From the NCBI GenBank assembly GCA_027492035.1, contig JAOZFT010000007.1:27195-91194 (forward strand): a stretch of DNA of 64,000 nucleotides, in the 5' to 3' direction. Below, piece by piece: positions 37,343 to 46,303 of the stretch. The position numbers and the translations under genes were made by a program. Within the stretch, counting starts at the first letter, position 1. Every line of letters starts with the position of its first letter. The notes below the pieces were generated by a model, which was given only the letters and a program-made list of their open reading frames with translations, made no database searches and was not told the DNA's origin. This DNA is from Thermoproteota archaeon. GTDB lineage: Archaea > Korarchaeota > JAOZGF01 > JAOZFZ01.

Positions 37343-38911
37343 TCATTCTTGATCCGGAGAGGTTAGAGAGTAAATTTGCTCCCCTCCAATAAAAGTTGAA
37401 ACAACTTTAACTTTGTTTAAAGTTTCTGGTTGGATAAATGGATCTTTAGAGAGAATTACAAAATCTGCAAACTTTCCAGGTTCAAGGGTGCCCTTGACTG
37501 TTTCACTGAAGGATGCATAACTTCCTCCATAAGTGTAACATTTAATTGCTTCCTCCATAGTTAACTTTTGAATAGGAAAGGGGGAGTTGACAGTGGAGTT
37601 TAAGCCGTAAAAAGGGTTGAAGGGCATCATATCTGAACCGAAAGCTAAACATATACCTGAGTCATAAATTTTCCTGAATGGATTCATTGATTTATATCTT
37701 TCACCAAGCCTTAATTGATAAAGTTGATTTTTACCTCCCCATCTCCCTATAAAATTTGGTTGCATGGAACAAACAACTCCTAGCCTCTTCATTACATTTA
37801 TCTGTTGATCCTTAACAAGTTCTAAATGTTCAATTCTGTGCCTGAATGAAGAGCATTTCTTATTCAAAACTTTTTTAAGTGTTTTTAGGGCTGTTTCGAT
37901 AGCTTTATCCCCTATTGCATGAATAGCTAATTGCAACTTTATCTCTTTTGTTCTTTCAATTACTTCTATCAACTCTTTCTCTGAAAGCAAAAGCATGCCT
38001 TCATTATTTATTTCATCTACGTATCCTCCTTCTACTGCAGCTGTTTTTGCCCCTATTGAACCGTCAAGAAAAATTTTTAAGGCCCCTATTTTGAATGGTT
38101 CATCTCCAAAACCTGTAGAAAAACCTGTTTTTTCTAAACAATCAAGTAATTTTCTTTCAATTAGAAGATAGATCCTCAATTTTAGTTTATTCTCCTTTTT
38201 GAGTTCCAGGTATGTCTTGATGTCCCCACTATTGACATTGTCATGTATAGAGGTTATTCCCAAAGAGTAAGCCCTTTTAATACCTTTAACAACCCATTCC
38301 TTTTTCTCCTTTATTGAAGGTTCAATTTTTTCAATTGCGTAATTCTTTGCTTCCTCCACCAAAATTCCTGTTAACTCACCTAAGGAGTCTTTTTCGACCC
38401 CAGTTAAGCTTTTAGGTAAATTCAGAAGTTCCAGCGCTAAACTGTTTACGGTGCATAGATGGCCGTCTATTCTTTCAAGTAAAACTGGATTTTCAGGAGC
38501 AATTTTATCCAGTTCTTTCCTGTAAATAAAAGTTTTCTCAGGCCAAATACTTTCATCCCAGCCTGAACCTATTATCCATTCTCCTCTCCTTCTCCTTTCG
38601 ACTTCTTGGGAAACCCTCTCCAAAACTTCTTTTTTGGACTTAGTCATGTTCAGGTTTAGTCTCCCTAGACCCAGGGAATACTTTATGAAATGTGTATGAG
38701 AATCTATAAATCCAGGAATTACGGTTTTATTTTCTAAATTTATTTTTTCTGTTGCTCCACTAACAGCTAAAACATCTTTTTTCTTACCCACCGCTATTAT
38801 TTCTCCGTTTTCAACAGCTAAAGCATCCACTAACCCGTATCTCTGACTTAAAGTGTAGATTCTACCATTGAATAAAACGAAACTGTTTAAACCCAATTTA
38901 AACCCCCACAA
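37343..38911 (-). CDS. Amidohydrolase-family metal-dependent hydrolase (YtcJ-like, amidohydrolase 3)
   Basis: 522 aa. PGFIDSHTHF metal-binding motif, AIHAIGD, IEHLE and FGSD motifs. Confidence 0.8.
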   Translation of the reverse strand: MWGFKLGLNSFVLFNGRIYTLSQRYGLVDALAVENGEIIAVGKKKDVLAVSGATEKINLENKTVIPGFIDSHTHFIKYSLGLGRLNLNMTKSKKEVLERVSQEVERRRRGEWIIGSGWDESIWPEKTFIYRKELDKIAPENPVLLERIDGHLCTVNSLALELLNLPKSLTGVEKDSLGELTGILVEEAKNYAIEKIEPSIKEKKEWVVKGIKRAYSLGITSIHDNVNSGDIKTYLELKKENKLKLRIYLLIERKLLDCLEKTGFSTGFGDEPFKIGALKIFLDGSIGAKTAAVEGGYVDEINNEGMLLLSEKELIEVIERTKEIKLQLAIHAIGDKAIETALKTLKKVLNKKCSSFRHRIEHLELVKDQQINVMKRLGVVCSMQPNFIGRWGGKNQLYQLRLGERYKSMNPFRKIYDSGICLAFGSDMMPFNPFYGLNSTVNSPFPIQKLTMEEAIKCYTYGGSYASFSETVKGTLEPGKFADFVILSKDPFIQPETLNKVKVVSTFIGGEQIYSLTSPDQE

Positions 38912-39058
38912 CCTGAATTTAAAGCAAGATAATATTCATATCCTTAGAAACTCTTTTTCAGTTTCCTTAATTTTTAGAAAAGAAGAGGTAAGGAAAAAAG
39001 AAATTTAGATATTTTTTAATATAACACATAAGGTTATTTTACTAAAAAAGGTGTTCCC

Positions 39059-39745
39059 ATGAAGAGAAGGATACTTATAATTGGGAAGGTGCATGAGGTA
39101 GGATATAGGGCTTTCCTCTTAGGTTTAGCGGAAAGCTTTGAAGTAAAGAACTTTTTTGCTGAAAACTTAACAATTAACGGTAAACAGGCGGTTGAGGTTT
39201 TAGTTGAGGACGAAGAAATAAAGGTTAAAGATTTCATAGACTCTTTAAAAAAAAGAAAACCGGATGCAGCTGAAGTTGAAGAAATAAAAGTAGAAGATTA
39301 CCAAGGGAAAGTGATGAAGAAAGAGTCATATTATAGATACTTAACAGCTATGCAATTAACAAAGATCGCAACCTATGGTGGCGAAATGATTAAAAGGCAG
39401 GATGAAACACTTGAGAAACAAGACCAAATGCTTAAAAAACAGGACCAAATGCTTGAGAAACAGGACCAAATGCTTAAAAAACAGGACCAAATGCTTGAGA
39501 AACAAGACCAAATGCTTAAAAAACAGGACCAAATGCTTGAGAAACAAGACCAAATGCTTAAAAAACAGGACCAAATGCTTAAAAAACAGGACCAAACGAT
39601 AAAAGAGATAAGGGTTACGAGAGAAGAAATAAAGGGTGAAATAAGTGCTCTTAGACAGGATCTTAAAACTTATTTAGATAAAAGGATTGTTAAAATTGAG
39701 AAGGAAATAGCTAAAATTAAAGCTAGAATAGGTATGTCTAATTAA
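39059..39745 (+). CDS. Acylphosphatase-like domain protein with a perfect heptad-repeat coiled coil
   Basis: 228 aa. The N-terminus ILIIGKVHEVGYRAFLLGLAE...VEVLVEDEE resembles the acylphosphatase/HypF-N fold (G.VqGVgFR). The centre is 9-10 copies of L[EK]KQDQM. The C-terminal region is also helical. Confidence 0.6.
   Translation: MKRRILIIGKVHEVGYRAFLLGLAESFEVKNFFAENLTINGKQAVEVLVEDEEIKVKDFIDSLKKRKPDAAEVEEIKVEDYQGKVMKKESYYRYLTAMQLTKIATYGGEMIKRQDETLEKQDQMLKKQDQMLEKQDQMLKKQDQMLEKQDQMLKKQDQMLEKQDQMLKKQDQMLKKQDQTIKEIRVTREEIKGEISALRQDLKTYLDKRIVKIEKEIAKIKARIGMSN
39389..39598 (+). repeat. In-frame tandem repeat, 21-bp unit x 9 near-identical copies (39410-39598) plus one degenerate leading copy
   Basis: CTTGAGAAACAAGACCAAATG and CTTAAAAAACAGGACCAAATG alternate. 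Copies differ only at 3 positions (G/A, G/A at codon 2; A/G at QDQ). Each unit encodes L(E/K)KQDQM. Confidence 0.95.
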
Positions 39746-39754
39746 AGGAAAGTA

Positions 39755-40603
39755 ATGATTAAAATTTGTTTCCCTGTATTTTCTCATATTGTAATGGGTG
39801 AGGTATTCATTACAGTAATTGTAAGGTTTTCAACTGGTGTCAAAGGACTAGATGAAATATTAGAAGGAGGAATTCCTAAAGGATTCCTTGTAGCGGTTAC
39901 AGGGGAACCTGGCACAGGTAAAACAATCCTTTGTTTACACTTTATAAATGAAGGCATCAAAACAGGCGATAAAGGTATATATGTTACGACCGAAGAATCT
40001 AGAGAATCTATCTTAAATCAAGCTAAACAGTTCAATATGGACTTTGACAAGTACTTGGAAGAGGGAAACCTAATAATTATTGATGCTTTAATGGGCAGAA
40101 GAGAAGATGAATGGTCACTTAAAAGTTTGGACCCTGAGGAACTTGTCCAGTTGGTTATTAAAGCTAAAAAGAAACTTGGGTACGGTAATGCAAGGCTTGT
40201 AATTGACTCTATGAGTGCTTTCTGGCTGGATAAGCCGGCTACTGCAAGAAAGTATTCCTATTTTGTAAAAAAGGTTTTGAGTAAATGGAATTTCACTATC
40301 TTAATGGTTAGTCAGTACGCTATTACAACAAGTGACGCTTTCGGTTTCGGTTTGGAACATATAGCAGATGGGATCATTAGGTTCAGACGTTTCATAAGGG
40401 AGGGTAAACTTAAAAGATGTTTAATAGTTGAAAAAATGAGGCAAACCCCCCACAGTCTGAACATGTATGAAGTCTTGATCGAGGAAGGGAAAGGGTTAAC
40501 CTTAAAGCCTTTAAAGGGAAGGAAAGAAGACATTGCTCTTCCTAAATCAGTGACAAATAAGATAATTAAAGCTAAAGAGGAGAAAGAAAAGGAAATACCT
40601 TAA
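39755..40603 (+). CDS. KaiC/RadA-like single-domain RecA-superfamily ATPase
   Basis: 282-aa ORF; the start may be ATG 39794. STGVKGLDEILEGGIPKGFLVAVTGEPGTGKT (Walker A), YVTTEES, Walker B LVIDSMS, KMRQTPH. Confidence 0.8.
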   Translation: MIKICFPVFSHIVMGEVFITVIVRFSTGVKGLDEILEGGIPKGFLVAVTGEPGTGKTILCLHFINEGIKTGDKGIYVTTEESRESILNQAKQFNMDFDKYLEEGNLIIIDALMGRREDEWSLKSLDPEELVQLVIKAKKKLGYGNARLVIDSMSAFWLDKPATARKYSYFVKKVLSKWNFTILMVSQYAITTSDAFGFGLEHIADGIIRFRRFIREGKLKRCLIVEKMRQTPHSLNMYEVLIEEGKGLTLKPLKGRKEDIALPKSVTNKIIKAKEEKEKEIP

Positions 40604-40659
40604 AAACTGTTTTTTGAAGAAGATTAAACTTATTTAACCTAAATAAGGGGCTACCTTAA

Positions 40660-41586
40660 GTGTCCAAGCTAAAATATAGTGCAATCCTTGAACATTACAT
40701 GAAGTACAAGGTGTGTAAAGAAATTTATGAGTTTTCTAGGGATAGATGGGTGGCTTTACATTGCGAGAAAGAATTCAAAAAGAAAAAAGTTTTTGTTAGG
40801 TACATTTATGCCCCTTACAAGGAACTTTTAAAAATAACCAAGCCGAGCGACATATTCGAAATCATCAACTATTACAAAGAATTGAAACCTCGAACCTTTT
40901 ACGCCTCTATTTTACAATTTAAAAGAATACTTTATGTCTTCGATGTTTTAAACCCTGCAAACGTTTACTCTTGCCTGCCTACCTGGGACGTCGATAATAC
41001 AATTTCTAAATTTGAAGCTACTTTAAAAGCAGCTGAAAACATTTTAGATGCATTGAGAAAGGAAAAAGTTGAAGAGTCTGTTTTTTTGAAATGGAGCGGC
41101 GAAGGTTTACATATTCACCTTCACCCTAAAGCAATAACTAAAGAATTGAAGAAAAAGATACATCCCTTGGACGCAGCTTACTCTTTAGTAGAATACATTA
41201 AAGAAAAAGTCGCAAAGAAAATCAAGGCTGTTTCATTAAGTTACCAAGCAAATAAATTAGTTGTGGAAAACATCATCCACTCAAAAAGTGTAATAACTGC
41301 ACCTTTAACTTTCCATAGGGAGCAAGATAGAATTGCGGTTTGTATTGACCCTAGCGAAGTAAATAATTTCAGTTTAGATTGGACAGAACCAAAGAAATTC
41401 AAACATTTCTGGCATTGGAAGGAAAAATTTAAACAAGGAGAAGCAGATAAACTGGTTTTAAAATCTTACAAAAAAATAGGTTCCTGCCCCTACAGATTTA
41501 AACCTCCAAAAAAGAAAGGGAAACCTGTAGATAAATGGATTACTGAGTTTTTGAAGACAACAGAGGAAAAAGGAAGTGACAAATAA
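40660..41586 (+). CDS. Divergent archaeo-eukaryotic primase (AEP/PriS-like) superfamily protein
   Basis: 308 aa. PriS-like order of motifs: RTFYASILQF, motif I LPTWDVDN (DxD), motif II LKWSGEGLHIHL (sGxGxH), and a degenerate motif III VENIIHSKSVITAPLTFH. There is no Zn-knuckle insertion between motifs I and II. Confidence 0.5.
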   Translation: MSKLKYSAILEHYMKYKVCKEIYEFSRDRWVALHCEKEFKKKKVFVRYIYAPYKELLKITKPSDIFEIINYYKELKPRTFYASILQFKRILYVFDVLNPANVYSCLPTWDVDNTISKFEATLKAAENILDALRKEKVEESVFLKWSGEGLHIHLHPKAITKELKKKIHPLDAAYSLVEYIKEKVAKKIKAVSLSYQANKLVVENIIHSKSVITAPLTFHREQDRIAVCIDPSEVNNFSLDWTEPKKFKHFWHWKEKFKQGEADKLVLKSYKKIGSCPYRFKPPKKKGKPVDKWITEFLKTTEEKGSDK

Positions 41587-42838
41587 GAAGAGGTCCCTCA
41601 TAGCATTAACTTTCGTAATTGTTCTCCTTACCTCTACAACCCTTTTTTACTGGTTTTCCAAGCAAAAAACGCAAATTAAAGAAGTTAATGTTAATCCTGA
41701 GTACAGGGAAGTAACTGAAAAAATATTTGAGCAAGTTTTGTCGAAAATAGAAGCTGTCCGTGGCCTCTCACTAAACAAGAAAGTGGGTTTAAAAATAGTT
41801 GATGTTAACTGGGTTAAAAAGAACTGGGGGAAAGAATTCATTGAATCAGCCAGTAGGGATTTATTTATCGAGCAGAAAATTTATGAAGCCCTTTTTCTAA
41901 TCAACGAAAGTGTAAATTTGAAAAAGATAATGTATGACGAATATTCCCTTTTCACTGCTGCTGCTTGGCAGGGAGATATTTACGTTGTAAAGGAGAACTT
42001 TAACCCTTACAAAAAAATTGATGCTGAGAAAGTTCTCGCCCATGAAATGACCCATATATTGCAGGGAGTACATTTCATGAAACCTAAAACAGAAACTTAT
42101 GACTCAAAGCAGGCATGGTCTGCCTTAATTGAAGGCGACGCTATGCTCGCTGGAGATAAATTTGTTGAGGAAGAAATTTTCAACAAATCCAGAGTATCAG
42201 CCAAAACCACAGTTAAAGTTTTTAACAACCCTTTTTTTAACCCCTTCAACTATGAAGTAATACCGGAACCTCTAATTAAACTTTGGCTTTTCCCTTACCA
42301 TTACGGTGAAGATTTTGTTCTTTACCTTTACAAAAAAGGGGGATGGAAAGAAGTGAATAATGCTTACCTTAACCCTCCGCAAACTACAGAGCAAATAATT
42401 CACATTAAGAAATACTTAAAAAATGAAAGTTTCTTAAAAGTTCCAAGTGTAAAAATAAACGGTTCAGGTTGGGAGGAAGCAAGAAATGACAGACTAGGTG
42501 AACACTTCATTTACGTCACTCTCTCAACTTGGACAACTGAAAAAGAAGCTGAAAAAGCAAGTTATGGTTGGGGAGGCGACAATTTCACACTTTACTTAAA
42601 CAAGAGGGGGGATTACTTTTTCACGTGGTTGATTCGCTGGGACAACTTAAACGACAGTGAAGAATTTTATCAATGTTTAACAAAGGCTCTGAGAGATGGA
42701 ATAAAGGCAAAAAAATTATTAAATGGCATTTGGGGTGAGGAAGGGAAATACATTTGGTTTAAAGAATATAAAGATAAAGTCTTAATTGCTGGTTCTTCAA
42801 ACTTTGAACAATTGAAAAACTTTACGGAAATAAACTAG
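41576..42838 (+). CDS. Membrane-anchored putative gluzincin metallopeptidase (HExxH...E)
   Basis: 420 aa. N-terminal TM LIALTFVIVLLTSTTLFYWF. LAHEMTHILQG followed by ALIEGDAMLAG. It overlaps the upstream gene by 11 nt. Confidence 0.55.
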   Translation: MTNKKRSLIALTFVIVLLTSTTLFYWFSKQKTQIKEVNVNPEYREVTEKIFEQVLSKIEAVRGLSLNKKVGLKIVDVNWVKKNWGKEFIESASRDLFIEQKIYEALFLINESVNLKKIMYDEYSLFTAAAWQGDIYVVKENFNPYKKIDAEKVLAHEMTHILQGVHFMKPKTETYDSKQAWSALIEGDAMLAGDKFVEEEIFNKSRVSAKTTVKVFNNPFFNPFNYEVIPEPLIKLWLFPYHYGEDFVLYLYKKGGWKEVNNAYLNPPQTTEQIIHIKKYLKNESFLKVPSVKINGSGWEEARNDRLGEHFIYVTLSTWTTEKEAEKASYGWGGDNFTLYLNKRGDYFFTWLIRWDNLNDSEEFYQCLTKALRDGIKAKKLLNGIWGEEGKYIWFKEYKDKVLIAGSSNFEQLKNFTEIN

Positions 42839-42988
42839 GAAATTTTCCGTTAAGTTAGTAGCCTAAAGAACTCTTCAACAGTAACTAAAAAATTTCTTAG
42901 GAAGACAGGCTGAAAAGAAAGAATTTAAATTTTTCACTTTTCTTTCTTTTTCTAATTCTTTAAAAGATTTTTGAGAGAGGTGTTTGTT

Positions 42989-44269
42989 TTGAAGATAGCT
43001 GTTGTAGGAGCAGGAATGACTCGTTTTGACAGACCTAGGAGAGAATTGCAGGAAGAACTTGTTGCTCAAGCCTTCAAAAACATGATGGAGGACTTACCTG
43101 AACTTGACATAAAGAAAGATATTTCTGCTGCTTTCTACTCTTACTTTAGCGACCACCTTGAACAGCAGCTTTGCATGCACTGGATAATCCATGACTACCT
43201 TGGTCTTTCCTCAAAACCAGCTTATAGAGTAGAGTCTGGAGGAGCAACTCCAATAGATGCTATTATTAACGCATATACTTTCATTAGAGCAGGACTTTTC
43301 GACTTAGTGTTAGTGGCTGGGTGGGAGAAAATGGGCGAGTTGGACACAGCAAAAGTGAATGAATTCATTGCTATGGCTTCAGACACTGACTGGGATTACC
43401 CAGTAGGAGGTTACTACTCTGGATACTACGCCACAATGGAAGTTAGGAGGATGCATCTTTATGGAGACACTGAAGAGGACTTAGCTAAGGTAAGTGTGAA
43501 AAATCACAACAACGCAACCTATAACCCCTACGCTCACTGGAGAGCAAAAAACGGGACAAAAAAAATAACCGTGGGAGACGTGTTAAATTCAAGATTAATC
43601 TCTTACCCTTACAGGATAATGAATGTGGCTGAGGTAAGTGATGGTGCAGCTGCACTTCTTCTAGCATCAGAAAAAGTGGCAAAGAAATTCACTGATACCC
43701 CTGTCTGGATAACAGGTATCGGTTTAGGTACAGACAGTATGAGGCCAGGTGACAGAACAGGCAATCCTGCCTGGGTGGGGCTTTACCCAGAAGACGAAGC
43801 AGTGTGGCCTGAAGCAGAAACTAAACCCTTATCACCTTACCCTGAAATGGCTAACTTTGGGTCTTTCCGAGTAGCTGCTGATTCAGCTTACAAAATGGCA
43901 GGCATAAGGAACCCTTTAAAAGAATTGGATTTTGCTGAACTCTTCAACCCTTATGACGGAGTTGAAATTTCAGCTTATGAAGACTTAAGGTTCTGTAAGA
44001 GAGGAGAAGGAAAGAAACTTGTCAGAGAAGGAACAACTGAAAGATGGGGAGAGTTACCCACTCAATTAAGTGGAGGATTATACGGCCAAGGGCATCCCGT
44101 AGGGGCTACAACAATAGGTCAAGCTGTAACTATTTTTTGGCAACTGAGGGAGGAAATCCCTAAAAAGTGGGGGTCAAGAAATGCACAGATGCAAAACCCA
44201 AAAAGAGCCCTTCTACAAGGACATGGTGGAACAGGGACACAAGCAGGAGTAATAATTTTTGAAAGGTGA
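42989..44269 (+). CDS. Thiolase-fold (SCP-x/archaeal thiolase-like) protein lacking the canonical catalytic cysteines
   Basis: ORF 42971..44269. TTG at 42989 is preferred because GAGAGGTG lies upstream and gives MKIAVVGAGMTRF. Thiolase-like VLVAGWEKM and GQGHPVGAT are present. Only two Cys occur (LCMHW, RFCKRG), and neither is at a catalytic position. Confidence 0.7.
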   Translation: MKIAVVGAGMTRFDRPRRELQEELVAQAFKNMMEDLPELDIKKDISAAFYSYFSDHLEQQLCMHWIIHDYLGLSSKPAYRVESGGATPIDAIINAYTFIRAGLFDLVLVAGWEKMGELDTAKVNEFIAMASDTDWDYPVGGYYSGYYATMEVRRMHLYGDTEEDLAKVSVKNHNNATYNPYAHWRAKNGTKKITVGDVLNSRLISYPYRIMNVAEVSDGAAALLLASEKVAKKFTDTPVWITGIGLGTDSMRPGDRTGNPAWVGLYPEDEAVWPEAETKPLSPYPEMANFGSFRVAADSAYKMAGIRNPLKELDFAELFNPYDGVEISAYEDLRFCKRGEGKKLVREGTTERWGELPTQLSGGLYGQGHPVGATTIGQAVTIFWQLREEIPKKWGSRNAQMQNPKRALLQGHGGTGTQAGVIIFER

Positions 44270-44276
44270 GGAAGCA

Positions 44277-44957
44277 ATGGTTTTAGAAGAAAAGGTAGAA
44301 TTTGACAACTCAAAATTGAATAAATGGAAGAAATGGGCTTTAAAAGGGGATATGGGAGTTAAAGGCTACAGAATTGTAGAGGGAGCCTACGGTTCAAGGG
44401 TTGACAAGATCGAGAAAAGAAGATACATGGTCGTTGAAAGACCACACGGCGTTGTTTACCAACATAGTTACGGTTTACTCTCTAGGTTTTATGAAGGATT
44501 ACTCAACAAGAAACTTTACGGCACAAAATGTCCTAAATGTAAACTTGTTTATCTCCCACCTAGAGTTCACTGCTGGAACCCGAAATGTAAACTGGAAGAA
44601 ACTGAATGGATAGAAATGCCCTTAGAGGGTGAAATAGTTACTTACACAATAATGGCCTTTGCAGCAACTCCCTTCCTTAAAGATTTACCGTTCATTTTAA
44701 CTTACGTGAAAATAGGGAACTCCTGCACTGCAGTACCTCTCCAGTTAAGAGAAGTAAACCCTTTGAATGTACATGTGGGACTAAAAGTCAAAGTAAAGTT
44801 TGTAGATAAACCAAAAGGAGATTTAATGGATATTTACGTGGTGCCGGCTGAAAAACCGAAGCCACCAAAAAGAAGCAAAGAAGAAGAGGAAAGACTGAAG
44901 AAAGACTTAAAAATAGTTGAAGAATGGGTTAAGAAGCACTTTCCAAAAGAACAATAA
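44277..44957 (+). CDS. DUF35 OB-fold/Zn-ribbon protein (thiolase-associated)
   Basis: ORF 44259..44957. ATG at 44277 is preferred because AGGTGA lies upstream and it follows the thiolase-like stop. Zn ribbon CPKCKLVYLPPRVHCWNPKC, followed by OB-fold-like GEIVTYTIM...VKVKF. Lys-rich tail. Confidence 0.75.
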   Translation: MVLEEKVEFDNSKLNKWKKWALKGDMGVKGYRIVEGAYGSRVDKIEKRRYMVVERPHGVVYQHSYGLLSRFYEGLLNKKLYGTKCPKCKLVYLPPRVHCWNPKCKLEETEWIEMPLEGEIVTYTIMAFAATPFLKDLPFILTYVKIGNSCTAVPLQLREVNPLNVHVGLKVKVKFVDKPKGDLMDIYVVPAEKPKPPKRSKEEEERLKKDLKIVEEWVKKHFPKEQ

Positions 44958-45031
44958 ACTTTCATCTCCCCACTTTTTTATTAAAAAATTTGAAACATAT
45001 CAAAAGGAAGAAGTTAATTAAAGGAAAGGAT

Positions 45032-45352
45032 TTAAAGCCTTAATTTCCAGATTTTGTAAATATGGTAAAGTCCATAAATAAAAAGGATTAAAAAAATTAT
45101 TTCTAAGAGTTCATCCACAAAAAGAAGAGAAAAACCTAAAACAAAGAAGCGTCTTGGGTTTAAGAAACGAACTAACCTCAAAAAATCATGCGCCATAAAA
45201 ACTATAGAAGCAAAGAAAATGGCAGAAAACCCCTTCTTAAAAACACTTCCACCAAAAATTTTCAGTACATATAACCCAATTACGCCTGCAATTACTCCTA
45301 AACAGAAAATTGTGAGTTCCAATATTAATCCAATACTTAGCATAGAGAACAA
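45032..45352 (-). CDS. Small hypothetical membrane protein (3 TM segments)
   Basis: 106-aa hydrophobic ORF, the last gene of a same-strand string. Confidence 0.45.
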   Translation of the reverse strand: MFSMLSIGLILELTIFCLGVIAGVIGLYVLKIFGGSVFKKGFSAIFFASIVFMAHDFLRLVRFLNPRRFFVLGFSLLFVDELLEIIFLILFIYGLYHIYKIWKLRL

Positions 45353-45375
45353 CGTGACCCCCTTTTAAAAGTTTT

Positions 45376-45663
45376 TTAAAATGTCAAGTACCCTTCCTTT
45401 TTCAATTTTACTAAGAGCTGCTTAACCTCCTCAAAACTGAACCCCTCGATTTTACTTTGTTCTATATAGATTTCTTTCATGGTTTTTACACCGTCGATGT
45501 TTAAAATTACCCCCTTCTCTCTTTCATCCAGTTCCTTTATTGCATTTAAAAAGAAATCCATCTTCTGTAAGGGACTTACCCACACCGGAATCGCTTTTTC
45601 AAAGGAACTCATTCTTTCTTCTTCCAAACCCTTTTTCTTAACAGAATCTAAGCCCCTGCTCAT
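45376..45663 (-). CDS. Small hypothetical protein with a winged-helix-like C-terminus
   Basis: 95 aa. LNIDGVKTMKEIYIEQSKIEGFSFEEVKQLLVKLKKEGYLTF. 4-nt overlap (ATGA) with the upstream gene. Confidence 0.5.
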   Translation of the reverse strand: MSRGLDSVKKKGLEEERMSSFEKAIPVWVSPLQKMDFFLNAIKELDEREKGVILNIDGVKTMKEIYIEQSKIEGFSFEEVKQLLVKLKKEGYLTF

Positions 45664-46253
45664 TTAACCACTTCAATAGGTTTCAGAGTAAGTATGTGAT
45701 AAAAGACCTTTTTCTCAAATACTTCTCTTATGTCCGCCGAGAAGGGTTCACCTAAAGCTATTTCAAAAATTCCAGCTATTAACCCTGCAAAATAGCTCCA
45801 ATCCTTTACTTTTAATGTTTTGTTTCCTATTCTGAAAATATAAGGCGGAGATTTCTTTAATTTACCGTTTGAAACTGTTCTATCGAATAATAAATTGAAA
45901 ATCTTGATTTTAATTGTAAACTTTTCTGCATCAGCCTTAACTACCACTACTTGACTTTGATTCCCGGTTAAATAAGATGTTAAGGTGGGAAGAGAGTTAG
46001 AGACTGTACGGAAAATTTCTTCCTTCAACTCTTTCTTTATTGTTTCATCTAAAGCTGCTAAAGACAATACTTCTTTCCCTATCTCCCTCCCTATTTTCTT
46101 TCCGGTTAAATAAACGTAGTCTTTTAAACCTAATGAAGATATTGCGTTCTGCAATTCAACAAGCTGAATAAGAAGTATTTTAACCATTTTATCAGTTACC
46201 TTAAAGGTTTCGGCGCAGTCATCCTCTATTAAATGATTGAGAAATGGATTCAT
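45660..46253 (-). CDS. Hypothetical protein, possible V4R/Bet3-like fold
   Basis: 197 aa. The C-terminal WSYFAGLIAGIFEIALGEPFSADIREV resembles the V4R core (C.f.aG...G.....G..v.v.E) but lacks the Cys residues. This is an impression only. Confidence 0.4.
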   Translation of the reverse strand: MNPFLNHLIEDDCAETFKVTDKMVKILLIQLVELQNAISSLGLKDYVYLTGKKIGREIGKEVLSLAALDETIKKELKEEIFRTVSNSLPTLTSYLTGNQSQVVVVKADAEKFTIKIKIFNLLFDRTVSNGKLKKSPPYIFRIGNKTLKVKDWSYFAGLIAGIFEIALGEPFSADIREVFEKKVFYHILTLKPIEVVK

Positions 46254-46303
46254 AAAATTCCCGCTTCTTTTAAGTTTTTGAAAAGAACAAATTCAAGTAA
46301 GGG

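Noticed and set aside
39356-39602. CRISPR-like regular repeat array, and ORFs 39356..39595 (-) and 39402..39602 (+)
   Set aside because: The 21-bp units are contiguous with no spacers. They sit in frame inside the 39059..39745 CDS, encoding L(E/K)KQDQM heptads. The two extra ORFs are repeat-generated shadows (MVLFFKHLVLF..., KCLKNRTKCLRN...). No cas genes are present in the window.
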